Assembly (NCBI GenBank): GCA_964016885.1
Contig: OZ024741.1
Coordinates: forward strand, 398,350,001 to 398,414,000
Length of the DNA: 64,000 nt
Reading direction: 5' to 3'
From: Eledone cirrhosa
Taxonomy: Eukaryota
Shown one piece after another: positions 11,601-25,320 of the stretch. Numbering within the stretch: position 1 is the first letter of the stretch; each line of letters begins with the position of its first letter. The position numbers and the translations under genes were made by a program. Under the pieces are notes generated by a model. That model searched no databases. It was given only the letters and a program-made list of their open reading frames with translations, and was not told the DNA's origin.

Positions 11601-14600
11601 ATTAGGTAGTTTAAACCTGGTGCTGTCTGTATTAGGTTGTTTAAAGCTGGTGTAGTCTGTATTAGGTAGTTTAAACTTGGTGTAGTCTGTATTAGGTAGT
11701 TTAAACCTGGTGTAGTCTGTATTAGGTAGTTTAAACCTGGTGCTGTCTGTATTGGGTAGTTTAAACCTGGTGTAGTCTGTATTGGGTAGTTTAAACCTGG
11801 TGTAGTCTGTATTGGGTAGTTTAAACCTGGTGTAGTCTGTATTAGGTAGTTTAAACTTGGTGTAGTCTGTATTAGGTAGTTTAAACCTGGTGTAGTCTGT
11901 ATTAGGTAGTTTAAACTTGGTGTTGTCTGTATTGGGTAGTTTAAACCTAGTGTAGTCTGTATTAGGTAGTTTAAACCTGGTGTAGTCTGTATTAAGTAGT
12001 TTAAACCTGGTGTAGTCTGTATTAGGTAGTTTAAACCTGGTGTAGTCTGTATTAGGTAGTTTAAACATAGTGGTATCTGTATTAGGTAGTTTAAACCTGG
12101 TGTAGTCTGTATTGGGTAGTTTAAACCTGGTGTAGTCTGTATTACTTAGTTTAAACCTGGTGTAGTCTGTATTAGGTAGTTTAAACCTGCTGGTGTCTGT
12201 ATTGGGTAGTTTAAACGTGGTGGTGTCTGTATTAGGTAATTTAAACCTGGTGTAGTCTGTATTAGGCATTTAAAACCTAGTGTAGTCTGTATTAGGTAGT
12301 TTAAACCTGGTGCTGTCTGTATTGGGTAGTTTAAACCTGGTGCTGTTTGTATTAGGTAGTTTAACCCTGGTGTAGTCTGTATTAGGTAGTTTAAACCTGG
12401 CGGTGTCTGTATTACGTAGTTTAAACCTGGTGTAGTCTGTATTAGGTATTTAAAATCTAGTGTAGTCTGTATTAGGTAATTTAAACCTGCTGGTGTCTGT
12501 ATTTGGTAGTTTAAACCTAGTGGTGTTTGTACTAGGTAGTTTAAACCTGGTGGTGTCTGTATTGGGTAGTTTAAATCTTGTGCTGTCTGTATTAGGTAGT
12601 TTAAACATGGTGGAGTCTGTATTGGGTAGTTTAAACATGGTGGAGTCTGTATTGGGTAGTTTAAACATGGTGGAGTCTGTATTATGTAGTTTAAACCTGG
12701 TGTAGTCTGTATTAGGTAGTTTAAACCTGGTGTAGTCTGTATTAGGTATTTAAAATCTAGTGTAGTATGTATTAGGTAGTTTAAACCTGCTGGTGTCTGT
12801 ATTTGGTAGTTTAAACCTGCTGGTGTCTGTATTTGGTAGTTTAAACCTGGTGTAGTCTGTATTAGGTATTTAAAATCTAGTGTATTCTGTATTAGGTAGT
12901 TTAAACCTGCTGGTGTCTGTATTTGGTAGTTTAAACCTAGTGGTGTCTGTACTAGGTAGTTTAAACCTGGTGGTGTCTGTATTGGGTAGTTTAAACCTGG
13001 TGCTGTCTGTATTAGGTAGTTTAAACATGGTGGAGTCTGTATTGGGTTGTTTAAACATGGTGGAGTCTGTATTGGGTAGTTTAAACATGGTGGAGTCTGT
13101 ATTAGGTAGTTTAAACCTGGTGCTGTCTGTATTGGGTAGTTTAAACACAGTGGAGTCTTTATTAGGTATTTAAAATCTAGTGTAGTCTGTATTAGGTAGT
13201 TTAAACCTGGCGGTGTCTGTATTACGTAGTTTAAACCTGGTGTAGTCTGTATTAGGTAGTTTAAACCTGGCGATGTCTGTATTAGGTAGTTTAAACCTAG
13301 TGGTGTCTGTACTAGGTAGTTTAAACCTGGTGGTGTCTGTATTGGGTAGTTTAAACATGGTGTAGTCTGTATTGGGTAGTTTAAACCTGGTGTAGTCTGT
13401 ATTGCGTAGTTTAAACCTGGTGTAGTCTGTATTAGGTAGTTTAAACCTGTTGCAGTCTGTATTAGGTAGTTTAAACCTATTGGTGTCTGTACTAGGTAGT
13501 TTAAACCTGGTGGTGTCTGTATTGGGTAGTTTAAACCTTGTGCTGTCTGTATTAGGTAGTTTAAACATGATGGAGTCTGTATTGGGTAGTTTAAACATGG
13601 TGGAGTCTGTATTGGGTAGTTTAAACCTAGTGTAGTCTGTATAAGGTAGTTTAAACCTGGTGTAGTCTGTATTAAGTAGTTTAAACCTGGTGTAGTCTGT
13701 ATTAGGTAGTTTAAACCTGGTGTAGTCTGTATTAGGTAGTTTAAACATGGTGGTATCTGTATTAGGTAGTTTAAACCTGGTGTAGTCTGTATTGGGTAGT
13801 TTAAACCTGCTGGTGTCTGTATTGGGTAGTTTAAACTTGGTGGTGTCTGTATTAGGTAGTTTAAACCTTGTGTAGTCTGTATTAGGTATTTAAAACCTAG
13901 TGTAGTCTGTATTAGGTAGTTTAAACCTGGTGCTGTCTGTATTTGGTAGTTTAAACCTGGTGCTGTCTGTATTGGGTAGTTTAAACCTGGTGTAGTCTGT
14001 ATTGGGTAGTTTAAACTTGGTGTTGTCTGTATTATGTAGTTTAAACCTGGTGTAGTCTGTATTAGGTAGTTTAAACCTGGTGGTGTCTGTATTGTGTAGT
14101 TTAAACCTGGTGTAGTCTGTATTGGGTAGTTTAAACCTGGTGTAGTCTGTATTGGGTAGTTTAAACCTGGTGTAGTCTGTATTAGGTAGTTTAAACTTGG
14201 TGTAGTCTGTATTAGGTAGTTTAAACCTGGTGTAGTCTGTATTAGGTAGTTTAAACTTGGTGTTGTCTGTATTGGGTAGTTTAAACCTAGTGTAGTCTGT
14301 ATTAGGTAGCTTAAACCTGGTGTAGTCTGTATTAAGTAGTTTAAACCTGGTGTAGTCTGTATTAGGTAGTTTAAACCTGGTGTAGTCTGTATTAGGTAGT
14401 TTAAACATAGTGGTATCTGTATTAGGTAGTTTAAACCTGGTGTAGTCTGTATTGGGTAGTTTAAACCTGGTGTAGTCTGTATTACTTAGTTTAAACCTGG
14501 TGTAGTCTGTATTAGGTAGTTTAAACCTGCTGGTGTCTGTATTAGGTAGTTTAAACCTGGTGTAGTCTGTATTAGGTAGTTTAATCCTGGTGTAGTCTGT

Positions 14601-17600
14601 ATTAGGTAGTTTAAACCTGGTGCTGTCTGTATTGGGTAGTTTAAACCTGGTGTAGTCTGTATTGGGTAGTTTAAACCTGGTGTAGTCTGTATTGGGTAGT
14701 TTAAACCTGGTGTAGTCTGTATTAGGTAGTTTAAACTTGGTGTAGTCTGTATTAGGTAGTTTAAACCTGGTGCTGTCTGTATTGGGTAGTTTAAACCTGG
14801 TGCTGTCTGTATTAGGTAGTTTAACCCTGGTGTAGTCTGTATTAGGTAGTTTAAACCTGGCGGTGTCTGTATTGCGTAGTTTAAACCTGGTGTAGTCTGT
14901 ATTAGGTAGTTTAAACCTGGCGGTGTCTGTATTAGGTAGTTTAAACCTAGTGGTGTCTGTACTAGGTAGTTTAAACCTGGTGGTGTCTGTATTGGGTAGT
15001 TTAAACATGGTGTAGTCTGTATTGGGTAGTTTAAACCTGGTGTAGTCTGTATTGCGTAGTTTAAACCTGGTGTAGTCTGTATTAGGTAGTTTAAACCTGT
15101 TGCAGTCTGTATTAGGTAGTTTAAACCTATTGGTGTCTGTACTAGGTAGTTTAAACCTGGTGGTGTCTGTATTGGGTAGTTTAAACCTTGTGCTGTCTGT
15201 ATTAGGTAGTTTAAACATGGTGGTGTCTGTATTGGGTAGTTTAAGCATGGTGGAGTCTGTATTGGGTAGTTTAAACCTAGTGTAGTCTGTATAAGGTAGT
15301 TTAAACCTCGTGTAGTCTGTATTAAGTAGTTTAAACCTGGTAAAGTCTGTATTAGGTAGTTTAAACCTGGTGTAGTCTGTATTAGGTAGTTTAAACATGG
15401 TGGTATCTGTATTAGGTAGTTTAAACCTGGTGTAGTCTGTATTGGGTAGTTTAAACCTGCTGGTGTCTGTATTGGGTAGTTTAAACCTGGTGGTGTCTGT
15501 ATTAGGTAGTTTAAACCTGGTGTAGTCTGTATTAGGTATTTAAAACCTAGTGTAGTCTGTATTAGGTAGTTTAAACCTGGTGCTGTCTGTATTTGGTAGT
15601 TTAAACCTGGTGCTGTCTGTATTGGGTAGTTTAAACCTGGTGTAGTCTGTATTGGGTAGTTTAAACTTGGTGTTGTCTGTATTATGTAGTTTAAACCTGG
15701 TGTAGTCTGTATTAGGTAGTTTAAACCTGGTGGTGTCTGTATTAGGTTGTTTAAACCTGGTGTAGTCTGTATTAGGTAGTTTAAACCTGGTGTAGTCTGT
15801 ATTAGGTAGTTTAAACCTGGTGTAGTCTGTAATAGGTAGTTTAAACCTGGTGCTGTCTGTATTGGGTAGTTTAAACCTGGTGTAGTCTGTATTGGGTAGT
15901 TTAAACCTGGTGTAGTCTGTATTGGGTAGTTTAAACCTGGTGTAGTCTGTATTAGGTAGTTTAAACTTGGTGTAGTCTGTATTAGGTAGTTTAAACCTGG
16001 TGTAGTCTGTATTAGGTAGTTTAAACTTGGTGTTGTCTGTATTGGGTAGTTTAAACCTAGTGCAGTCTGTATCAGGTAGTTTAAACCTGGTGTAGTCTGT
16101 ATTAAGTAGTTTAAACCTGGTGTAGTCTGTATTAGGTAGTTTAAACCTGCTGGTGTCTGTATTGGGTAGTTTAAACCTGGTGGTGTTTGTATTAGGTAAT
16201 TTAAACCTGGTGTAGTCTGTATTAGGCATTTAAAACCTAGTGTTGTCTGTATTAGGTAGTTTAAACCTGGTGCTGTCTGTATTGGGTAGTTTAAATCTGG
16301 TGCTGTCTGTATTAGGTAGTTTAAACATGGTGTAGTCTGTATTAGGTAGTTTAAACCTGGCGGTGTCTGTATTAGGTAGTTTAAACCTGGTGTAGTCTGT
16401 ATTAGGTAGTTTAAACCTGGCGGTGTCTGTATTAGGTAGTTTAAACCTAGTGGTGTCTGTACTAGGTAGTTTAAACCTGGTGCTGTCTGTATTGGGTAGT
16501 TTAAACCTTGTGCTGTCTGTATTAGGTAGTTTAAACATGGTGGTGTCTGTATTGGGTAGTTTAAACCTTGTGCTGTCTGTATTAGGTAGTTTAAACATGG
16601 TGGGGTCTGTATTAGGTAGTTTAGACCTGGTGCCGTCTGTATTAGGTAGTTTAAACCTGGTGTAGTCTGTATTAGGTAGTTTAAACCTGGTGCTGTCTGT
16701 ATTAGGTAGTTTAAACCTGGTGCCGTCTGTATTGGGTAGTTTAAACCTGGTGCCGTCTGTATTAGGTAGTTTAAACCAGGTGTAGTCTATATTAGGTAGT
16801 TTAAACCTGGTGGTGTCTGTATTAGGTATTTAAAACCTAGTGTAGTCTGTATTAGGTAGTTTAAACCTGCTGGTGTCTGTATTTGGTAGTTTAAACCTGC
16901 TGGTGTCTGTACTAGGTAGTTTAAACCTGGTGGTGTCTGTATTGGGTAGTTTCAACCTGGTGCTGTCTGTATTAGGTAGTTTAAACATGGTGGAGTCTGT
17001 CCTAGGTAGTTTAAACCTGTTGGTGTCTGTATTGGGTAGTTTAAACCTGGTGCTGTCTGTATTGGGTAGTTTAAACCTGGTGTAGTCTGTATTAGGTATT
17101 TAAAACCTAGTGTAGTCTGTATTAGGTATTTAAAATCTAGTGTAGTCTGTATTAGGTAGTTTAAACCTGGTGGAGTCTGTATTGGGTAGTTTAAACATGG
17201 TGGAGTCTGTATTAGGTATTTAAAACCTAGTGTAGTCTGTATTTGGTAGTTTAAACCTGGTGCTGTCTGTATTGGGTAGTTTAAACCTGGTGCTGTCTGT
17301 ATTGGGTAGTTTAAACCTGGTGTATTCTGTATTAGGTAGTTTAAACCTGGTGTAGTCTGTATTAGGTAGTTTAAACCTGGCGGTGTCTGTATTAGGTAGT
17401 TTAAACCTGGTGTAGTCTGTATTAGGTAGTTTAAACCTGGCAGTGTCTGTATTAGGTAGTTTAAACCTGGTGCTGTCTGTATTGGGTAGTTTAAACCTGG
17501 TGGTGTCTGTATTGGGTAGTTTAAACATGGTGTAGTCTGTATTGGGTAGTTTAAACATGGTGGAGTCTGTATTGGGTAGTTTAAACCTGGTGTAGTCTGT

Positions 17601-20600
17601 ATTAGGTATTTAAAACCTAGTGTAGTCTGTATTGGGTAGTTTAAACATGGTGGAGTCTGTATTGGGTAGTTTAAACCTGATGTAGTCTGTATTAGGTATT
17701 TAAAACCTAGTGTAGTCTGTATTAGGTAGTTTAAACCTGGTGCTGTCTGTACTGGGTAGTTTAAACCTGGTGTAGTCTGTATTAGGTATTTAAAACCTAG
17801 TGTAGTCTGTATTAGGTAGTTTAAACCTGGTGCTGTCTGTATTGGGTAGTTTAAACCTAGTGGTGTCTGTACTAGGTAGTTTAAACCTGGTGGTGTCTGT
17901 ATTGTGTAGTTTAAACCTGGTGCTGTCTGTATTAGATAGTTTAAACATGGTAGAGTCTGTATTGGGTAGTTTAAACATGGTGGTGTCTGTATTAGGTAGT
18001 TTAAACCTGCTGGTGTCTGTATTGCGTAATATAAACTTGGTGGTGTCTGTATTAGGTAGTTTAATCCTGATGTAGTCTGTATTAGGTATTTAAAACTTGT
18101 GTAGTCTGTATTAGGTAGTTTAAACCTGGTGTAGTCTGTATTAGGTAGTTTAAACCTGGTGTTGTCTGTATTGTGTAGTTTAAACCTGGTGTAGTCTGTA
18201 TTAGGTAGTTTAAACCTGGTGCTGTCTGTATTGGGTAGTTTAAACTTGGTGTAGTCTGTATTGGGTAGTTTAAACCTGGTGTAGTCTGTATTATGTAGTT
18301 TATACCTGGTGTAGTCTGTATTAGGTAGTTTAAACCTGGTGGTGTCTGTATTGTGTAGTTTAAACCTGTTGTAGTCTGTATTAGGTAGTTTAAACCTGGT
18401 GTAGTCTGTATTAGGTATTTAAAATCTAGTGTAGTCTGTATTAGGTAGTTTAAACCCGGTGCTGTCTGTATTTGGTAGTTTAAACCTGGTGTAGTCTGTA
18501 TTAGGTATTTAAAACCTAGTGTAGTCTGTATTAGGTAGTTTAAACCCGGTGCTGTCTGTATTTGGTAGTTTAAACCTGGTGTAGTCTGTATTGGGTAGTT
18601 TAAACCTGGTGTAGTCTGTATTGGGTAGTTTAAACCTGGTGTAGTCTGTATTATGTAGTTTAAACCTGGTGTAGTCTGTATTAGGTAAGTTTAAACCTGG
18701 TGGTGTCTGTATTGTGTAGTTTAAACCAGGTGTAATCTGTATTAGGTAGTTTAAACCTGGTGTAGTCTGTATTAGGTATTTAAAATCTAGTGTAGTCTGT
18801 ATTAGGTAGTTTAAACCTGGTGCTGTCTGTATTTGGTAGTTTAAACCTGCTGCTGTCTGTATTTGTTAGTTTAAACCTGGTGTAGTCTGTATTGGGTAGT
18901 TTAAACCTGGTGCTCTCTGTATTAGGTAGTTTAAACATGGTGGAGTCTGTATTGGGTAGTTTAAACATGGTGGAGTCTGTATTGGGTAGTTTAAACATGG
19001 TGGAGTCTGTATTAGGTAGTTTAAACCTGGTGCTGTCTGTATTGGGTAGTTTAAACATAGTGGAGTCTGTATCAGTTATTTTAAACTTGGTGTAGTCTGT
19101 ATTGGGTAGTTTAAACATAGTGGAGTCTGTATTAGGTATTTAAAATCTAGTGTAGTCTGTATTAGGTAGTTTAAACCTGGTGTAGTCTGTATTAGGTAGT
19201 TTAAATCTGGTGTAGTCTGTATTAGGTAGTTTAAACCTGGTGCTGTCTGTATTGGGTAGTTTAAACATGGTGGAGTCTGTATTAGGTAGTTTAAACCTGG
19301 TGTAGTCTGTATTAGGTAGTTTAAACCTGGTGTAGTCTGTATTGGGTAGTTTAAACCTGGTGTAGTCTGTATTGGGTAGTTTAAACCTGGTGTAGTCTGT
19401 ATTGGGTAGTTTAAACCCGGTGTAGTCTGTATTAGGTAGTTTAAACCTGGTGTAGTCTGTATTAGGTAGTTTAAACCTGGTGTAGTCTGTATTAGGTAGT
19501 TTAAACCTGGTGTAGTCTGTATTGGGTAGTTTAAACCTGGTGTAGTCTGTATTAGGTAGTTTAAACCTGGTGTAGTCTGTATTAGGTAGTTTAAACCTGG
19601 TGTAGTCTGTATTAGGTAGTTTTAACTTGGTGTTGTCTGTATTGGGTAGTTTCAACCTAGTGTAGTCTGTATTAGGTAGTTTAAACCTGGTGTAGTCTGT
19701 ATTAAGTAGTTTAAACCTGGTGTAGTCTGTATTAGGTAGTTTAAACCTGCTGTAGTCTGTATTGGGTAGTTTAAACATGGTGGTGTCTGTATTAGGTAGT
19801 TTAAACCTGGTGTAGTCTGTATTAGGTAGTTTAAACCTGGTGTAGTCTGTATTGGGTAGTTTAAACCTGGTGCCGTCTGTATTGGGTAGTTTAAACCTGG
19901 TGAAGTCTGTATTAGGTAGTTTAAACCTGGTGTAGTCTGTATTAGGTAGTTTAAACCTGGTGTTGTCTGTATTGTGTAGTTTAAACCTGGTGTAGTCTGT
20001 ATTAGGTAGTTTAAACCTGGTGTAGTCTGTATTAGGTATTTAAAATCTAGTGTAGTCTGTATTAGGTAGTTTAAACCTGCTGGTGTCTGTATTTGGTAGT
20101 TTAAAGCTGCTGGTGCCTGTATTTGGTAGTATAAACCTGGTGTAGTCACTATTAGGTATTTAAAATCTAGTGTAGTCTGTATTAGGTAGTTTAAACCTGC
20201 TGGTGTCTGTATTTGGTAGTTTAAACCTAGTGGTGTCTGTACTAGGTAGTTTAAACCTGGTGGTGTCTGTATTGGGTAGTTTAAACCTGATGCTGTCTGT
20301 ATTAGGTAGTTTAAACATGGTGGAGTCTGTATTGGGTAGTTTAAACCTGGTGGAGTCTGTATTGGGTAGTTTAAACATGGTGGAGTCTGTATTAGGTAGT
20401 TTAAACCTGGTGCTGTCTGTATTGGGTAGTTTAAACATAGTGGAGTCTGTATTAGGTATTTTAAACTTGGTGTAGTCTGTATTGTGTAGTTTAAACATAG
20501 TGGTGTCTGTATTAGGTATTTAAAATCTAGTGTAGTCTGTATTAGGTAGTTTAAACCTGGTGCTGTCTGTATTAGGTTGTTTAAACCTGGTGTAGTCTGT

Positions 20601-23086
20601 ATTAGGTAGTTTAAACCTGGTGTAGTCTGTATTAGGTAGTTTAAACCTGGTGCTGTCTGTATTGGGTAGTTTAAACATGGTGGAGTCTGTATTAGGTAGT
20701 TTAAACCTGGTGTAGTCTGTATTGGGTAGTTTAAACCTGGTGTAGTCTGTATTGGGTAGTTTAAACCTGGTGTAGTCTGTATTGGGTAGTTTAAACCTGG
20801 TGTAGTCTGTATTGGGTAGTTTAAACCTGGTGTAGTCTGTATTGGGTAGTTTAAACCTGGTGTAGTCTGTATTAAGTAGTTTAAACCTGGTGTAGTCTGT
20901 ATTAGGTAGTTTAAACCTGGTGTAGTCTGTATTAGGTAGTTTAAACCTGGTGTAGTCTGTATTGGGTCGTTTAAACCTGGTGTAGTCTGTATTAGGTAGT
21001 TTAAACCTGGTGCTGTCTGTATTAGGTAGTTTAAACCTGGTGCCGTCTGTATTGGGTAGTTTAAACCTGGTGTAGTCTGTATTAGGTAGTTTAAACCTGG
21101 TGCTGTCTGTATTAGGTAGTTTAAACCTGGTGCCGTCTGTATTGGGTAGTTTAAACCTGGTGTAGTCTGTATTAGGTAGTTTAAACCTGGTGTAGTCTGT
21201 ATCAGGTAGTTTTAACTTGGTGTTGTCTGTATTGGGTAGTTTAAACCTAGTGTAGTCTGTATTAGGTAGTTTAAACCTGGTGTAGTCTGTATTAAGTAGT
21301 TTAAACCTGGTGTAGTCTGTATTAGGTAGTTTAAACCTGCTGTAGTCTGTATTGGGTAGTTTAAACATGGTGGTGTCTGTATTAGGTAGTTTAAACCTGG
21401 TGTAGTCTGTATTGGGTAGTTTAAACCTGGTGTAGTCTGTATTACTTAGTTTAAACCTGGTGTAGTCTGTATTAGGTAGTTTAAACCTGGTGTAGTCTGT
21501 ATTGGGTAGTTTAAACCAGGTGCTGTCTGTATTGGGTAGTTTAAACCTGGTGTAGTCTGTATTAGTTAGTTTAAACCTGGTGCTGTCTGTATTAGGTAGT
21601 TTAAACCTGGTGCTGTCTGTATTGGGTAGTTTAAACCTGGTGCTGTCTGTATTAGGTAGTTTAAACCTGGTGCCGTCTGTATTGGGTAGTTTAAACCTGG
21701 TGCCGTCTGTATTAGGTAGTTTAAACCAGGTGTAGTCTGTATTAGGTATTTAAAACCTAGTGTAATCTGTATTAGGTAGTTTAAACCTGGTGCTGTCTGT
21801 ATTAGGTAGTTTAAACCTGGTGTAGTCTGTATTAGGTATTTAAAACCTAGTGTAGTCTTTATTAAGTAGTTTAAACCTGCTGGTGTCTGTATTTGGTAGT
21901 TTAAACCTGCTGGTGTCTGTACTAGGTAGTTTAAACCTGGTGGTGTCTGTATTGGGTAGTTTCAACCTGCTGCTGTCTGTATTAGGTAGTTTAAACATGG
22001 TGGAGACTGTACTAGGTAGTTTAAACCTGTTGGTGTCTGTATTGGGTAGTTTAAACCTGGTGCTGTCTGTATTGGGTAGTTTAAACATGGTGGAGTCTGT
22101 ATTAGGTATTTTAAACTTGGTGTACTCGTTATTGGGTAGTTTAAACCTGGTGTAGTCTGTATTAGGTATTTAAAACCTAGTGTAGTCTGTATTAGGTATT
22201 TAAAATCTAGTGTAGTCTGTATTAGGTAGTTTAAACCTGGTGGTGTCTGTATTGGGTAGTTTAAACCTGGTGGAGTCTGTATTGGGTAGTTTAAACATGG
22301 TGGAGTCTGTATTAGGTATTTAAAACCTAGTGTAGTCTGTATTAGGTAGTTTAAACCTGGTGCTGTCTGTATTGGGTAGTTTAAACCTGGTGCTGTCTGT
22401 ATTAGGTAGTTTAAACCTGGCGGTGTCTGTATTAGGTAGTTTAAACCTGGTGTAGTCTGTATTAGGTAGTTTAAACCTGGCAGTGTCTGTATTAGGTAGT
22501 TTAAACCTGGTGCTGTCTGTATTGGGTAGTTTAAACCTGGTGGTGTCTGTATTGGGTAGTTTAAACATGGTGTAGTCTGTATTGGGTAGTTTAAACATGG
22601 TGGAGTCTGTATTGGGTAGTTTAAACCTGATGTAGTCTGTATTAGGTATTTAAAACCTAGTGTAGTCTGTATTAGGTAGTTTAAACCTGGTGCTGTCTGT
22701 ATTAGGTAGTTTAAACCTGGTGTAGTCTGTATTAGGTATTTAAAACCTAGTGTAGTCTTTATTAAGTAGTTTAAACCTGGTGCTGTCTGTATTGGGTAGT
22801 TTAAACCTAGTGGTGTCTGTACTAGGTAGTTTAAACCTGGTGGTGTCTGTATTGGGTAGTTTCAACCTGGTGCTGTCTGTATTAGGTAGTTTAAACATGG
22901 TGGAGTCTGTATTGGGTAGTTTAAACATGGTGGTGTCTGTATTAGGTAGTTTAAACATGGTGGAGTCTGTATTAGGTAGTTTAAACCTGGTGTAGTCTGT
23001 ATTAGTTAGTTTAAACCTGGTGAAGTCTGTATTAGGTAGTTTTAACCTGGCGGTGTCTGTATTAGGTAGTTTAAACATGGTGGAGC
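5625..23086. repeat. 30-bp satellite array, ~580 units (TTTAAACCTGGTGTAGTCTGTATTAGGTAG)
   Basis: Uninterrupted 30-bp periodicity for ~17.5 kb; most units contain the palindrome GTTTAAAC. Confidence 0.99.
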
Positions 23087-23603
23087 CTATCTCCTCTCCA
23101 ATTCTGAACACAACCGATTTCTTCTAGAAAAAGAGAGAGATGATAGAAAGTAAGAAAGAGACATAGAGAAAAGATTGATCCAGTACTTGACTTCTATTTT
23201 TTCTATTGGCTTTGAAAGTATGAGATGAAAAGTTGATCGCAATGGGATTTTAACTTGGAGAATGCAGAGAGCCAGAACAAATACCATAAATCATTCTATC
23301 TGATGTTCTTAGGACTCTGTCAATTCACTGCCCTTTCATAAACATTATGAAGAAGAAAAATGTGAAAATTAATAAAGAGACATTTTAAAATTGAAAACAG
23401 AAATAAATCTTTTGATTTGAATTAAATACAATAACTTTCAGCTCAATATAAATAACACTAGAAAAGAAAACTATTAAAAATTGAAGAATGGACTTTAGAG
23501 AAATAAAGATTATTCAGTGAATATTTTGTTAGATTTGGTCTCAATAGTTCTTTTTTGTTCTACGTTTATCTGTGTGTATATATGTATAATATGTATGTAT
23601 ATT

Positions 23604-24290
23604 ATCATCATTGTTTAACGTCTATCTTTCACGCTAGCATGGGTTTAGACGGGAATTGTCCCACGTGAGGCAAGATTGGTTGTCTTGCTCGTATAGGACT
23701 GTCTGGCAGGTTTTCTACAGCTGGATGCCCTTCCTAACACCAACCACATTTACAGTGTGGACTGAGAGGTTTTTACCGTGTTACCTACACGGCCACATTA
23801 TAGCGTGGACTGGGTGTTTTTTTGTCGTGACACCTACATGACCTCATTTATTTAGGACTGGATGTTGTGGTACCAACATAACTTTACAGCGAAAGGGGTG
23901 GAGTAGATGGGGGTGGGGGTAGGTGTAGTGGGATGGGGTATATTTTTGGTTAAGAGGTGCCTACTGACTAGGTTTCGCTTTGTACTTAGGCAAGGCGGGT
24001 CTTCTGTATTACTGCGTAGCGCCAAAGATCTCGGTCCAGTAACATTGTGTTGGAGAGGTGTAAGTGTGTGAGGTCGGAATCGTCCAAGGTTTTTCTGGGT
24101 CTGCCTACTCCGTAGCTTCCATCTATTTTGATCGCCCTGCACTTTTTTATACAGCTGTCGTCTTTCATGCACATCACGTGACCATACCAACGTAGTCTTC
24201 TCTCGAGTAAACAGCATCAGATCCCTCTTATTCCTAATTTCTCACTTAGTTCATTTATGCTTTGCTTTCACGTATATTACACATCCAATG
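23604..24290 (-). mobile_element. Short decayed RTE family 1 copy (C-terminus + 3' UTR)
   Basis: Encodes MKDDSCIKKCRAIKIDG..GRPRKT..DRDLWR; 3' UTR and short (CAT)n tail at 23604. Confidence 0.9.
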
Positions 24291-24311
24291 GAGCATATGT
24301 ATATATATCTA

Positions 24312-24359
<48 letters not shown>

Positions 24360-24362
<3 letters not shown>

Positions 24363-24486
24363 AGCCAAATCAGTCCCTGTATGAGCAAGGCATGGTCAGC
24401 CGACCAGACACTGCCCACAACAGGACAACCCATCTAACCCATGCTAGCGTGGAAGAACGGACGTAAAACGGTGATGATGATGATGA
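24360..24486 (+). mobile_element. 3' end of RTE family 2
   Basis: Reverse complement of 41027-41160 and 42036-42165; ends ggacgtaaaacggt(gat)n. Confidence 0.88.
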
Positions 24487-24516
24487 GATATATATATATA
24501 TATATATATGTATATA

Positions 24517-24562
24517 TCATCATCATTTTACGTCTGCTTTTCCCTGCTTGCAAGGGTGGGAC
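24517..24562 (-). mobile_element. Extreme 3' tail of the SINE seen at 30715-31031 (or of its partner LINE)
   Basis: tcatcattttacgtctgcttttccctgcttgcaagggtgggaca is the reverse complement of 30985-31028 with one mismatch. Confidence 0.8.
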
Positions 24563-24618
24563 ATATATATATATATAATATGTATGTATATATGTACATA
24601 TGTATATATATGTATATG

Positions 24619-25308
24619 TCTATATATATATATATATACAGACAAAGTTTTCTGTATGTGTGTGTGTGGACAATTTTTAATGAGGGCTCATATATTCTAA
24701 ACGATTCATGCGATTTCTTTGAAATTTTTTACAGAGCTTCTCCTTGCAAAACCTGTACATGATCTACAAAGGCTTTCAAAAATCGATATTGGGGCCTTTG
24801 GAGACATTAAAAAAGTTTCAGTTATTTGTGTGAATTTTCGTGATTAAGTAAGACAAGGGTTATCTTTCGTAATTCGGGCATTCGGATTTTAATTTACTCT
24901 TTGTACTTGAAACAAAAGGTACGCTTCCTTGGGACTAACAATATCTTTTTGTATATTTCACAACCAGCAATTTCTAACAGATTACTAAGTTAAGTTATAG
25001 ATTTGACATTGTATAATTTATCGTTTCAAGCTTGATGTTCATACATTAAGTGATATCATAACTTTTATAATATTATGCTTTGTACATAATAGTGTCTATT
25101 ATTCACTTCACTTCTTCATGATGAGCTTTTACTGTTGTCAAAAAAGACACCGAGCTCACATATTAATTATTTCGCTGGAATAGTGCCTAAGGTACTCATG
25201 TTTACATAAAGTACGTTTTTCTTCTATGTATTCAAATTTACTTTGTTTAGTTTAATGAGCTACATCGAAAGCTACTTGAACCGTCCAAAGGACGGGTAGT
25301 TTAGCTAG
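24619..25308 (+). mobile_element. Non-autonomous Helitron
   Basis: 5' TC followed by (TA)n and a TG tract; 3' hairpin CCGTCC-AAA-GGACGG (25281-25295) 9 nt before terminal CTAG (25305-25308), followed by T. Confidence 0.7.
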
Positions 25309-25320
25309 TATATATATATA

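Noticed and set aside
5625-23086. CRISPR array
   Set aside because: Contiguous tandem units with no unique spacers, no cas genes, eukaryotic context.
5344-23111. Long ORFs (FKLPNTDYTR)n and (TTPGLNYLIQ)n as a repetitive protein gene
   Set aside because: The unit length is a multiple of 3, so frames stay open by construction; a recurrent variant adds TAA; no unique coding flanks or splice context.
23087-23570. Possible decayed RT fragment (LSPLQF) right of the satellite
   Set aside because: Only a short motif followed by stops; no further RT motifs found.
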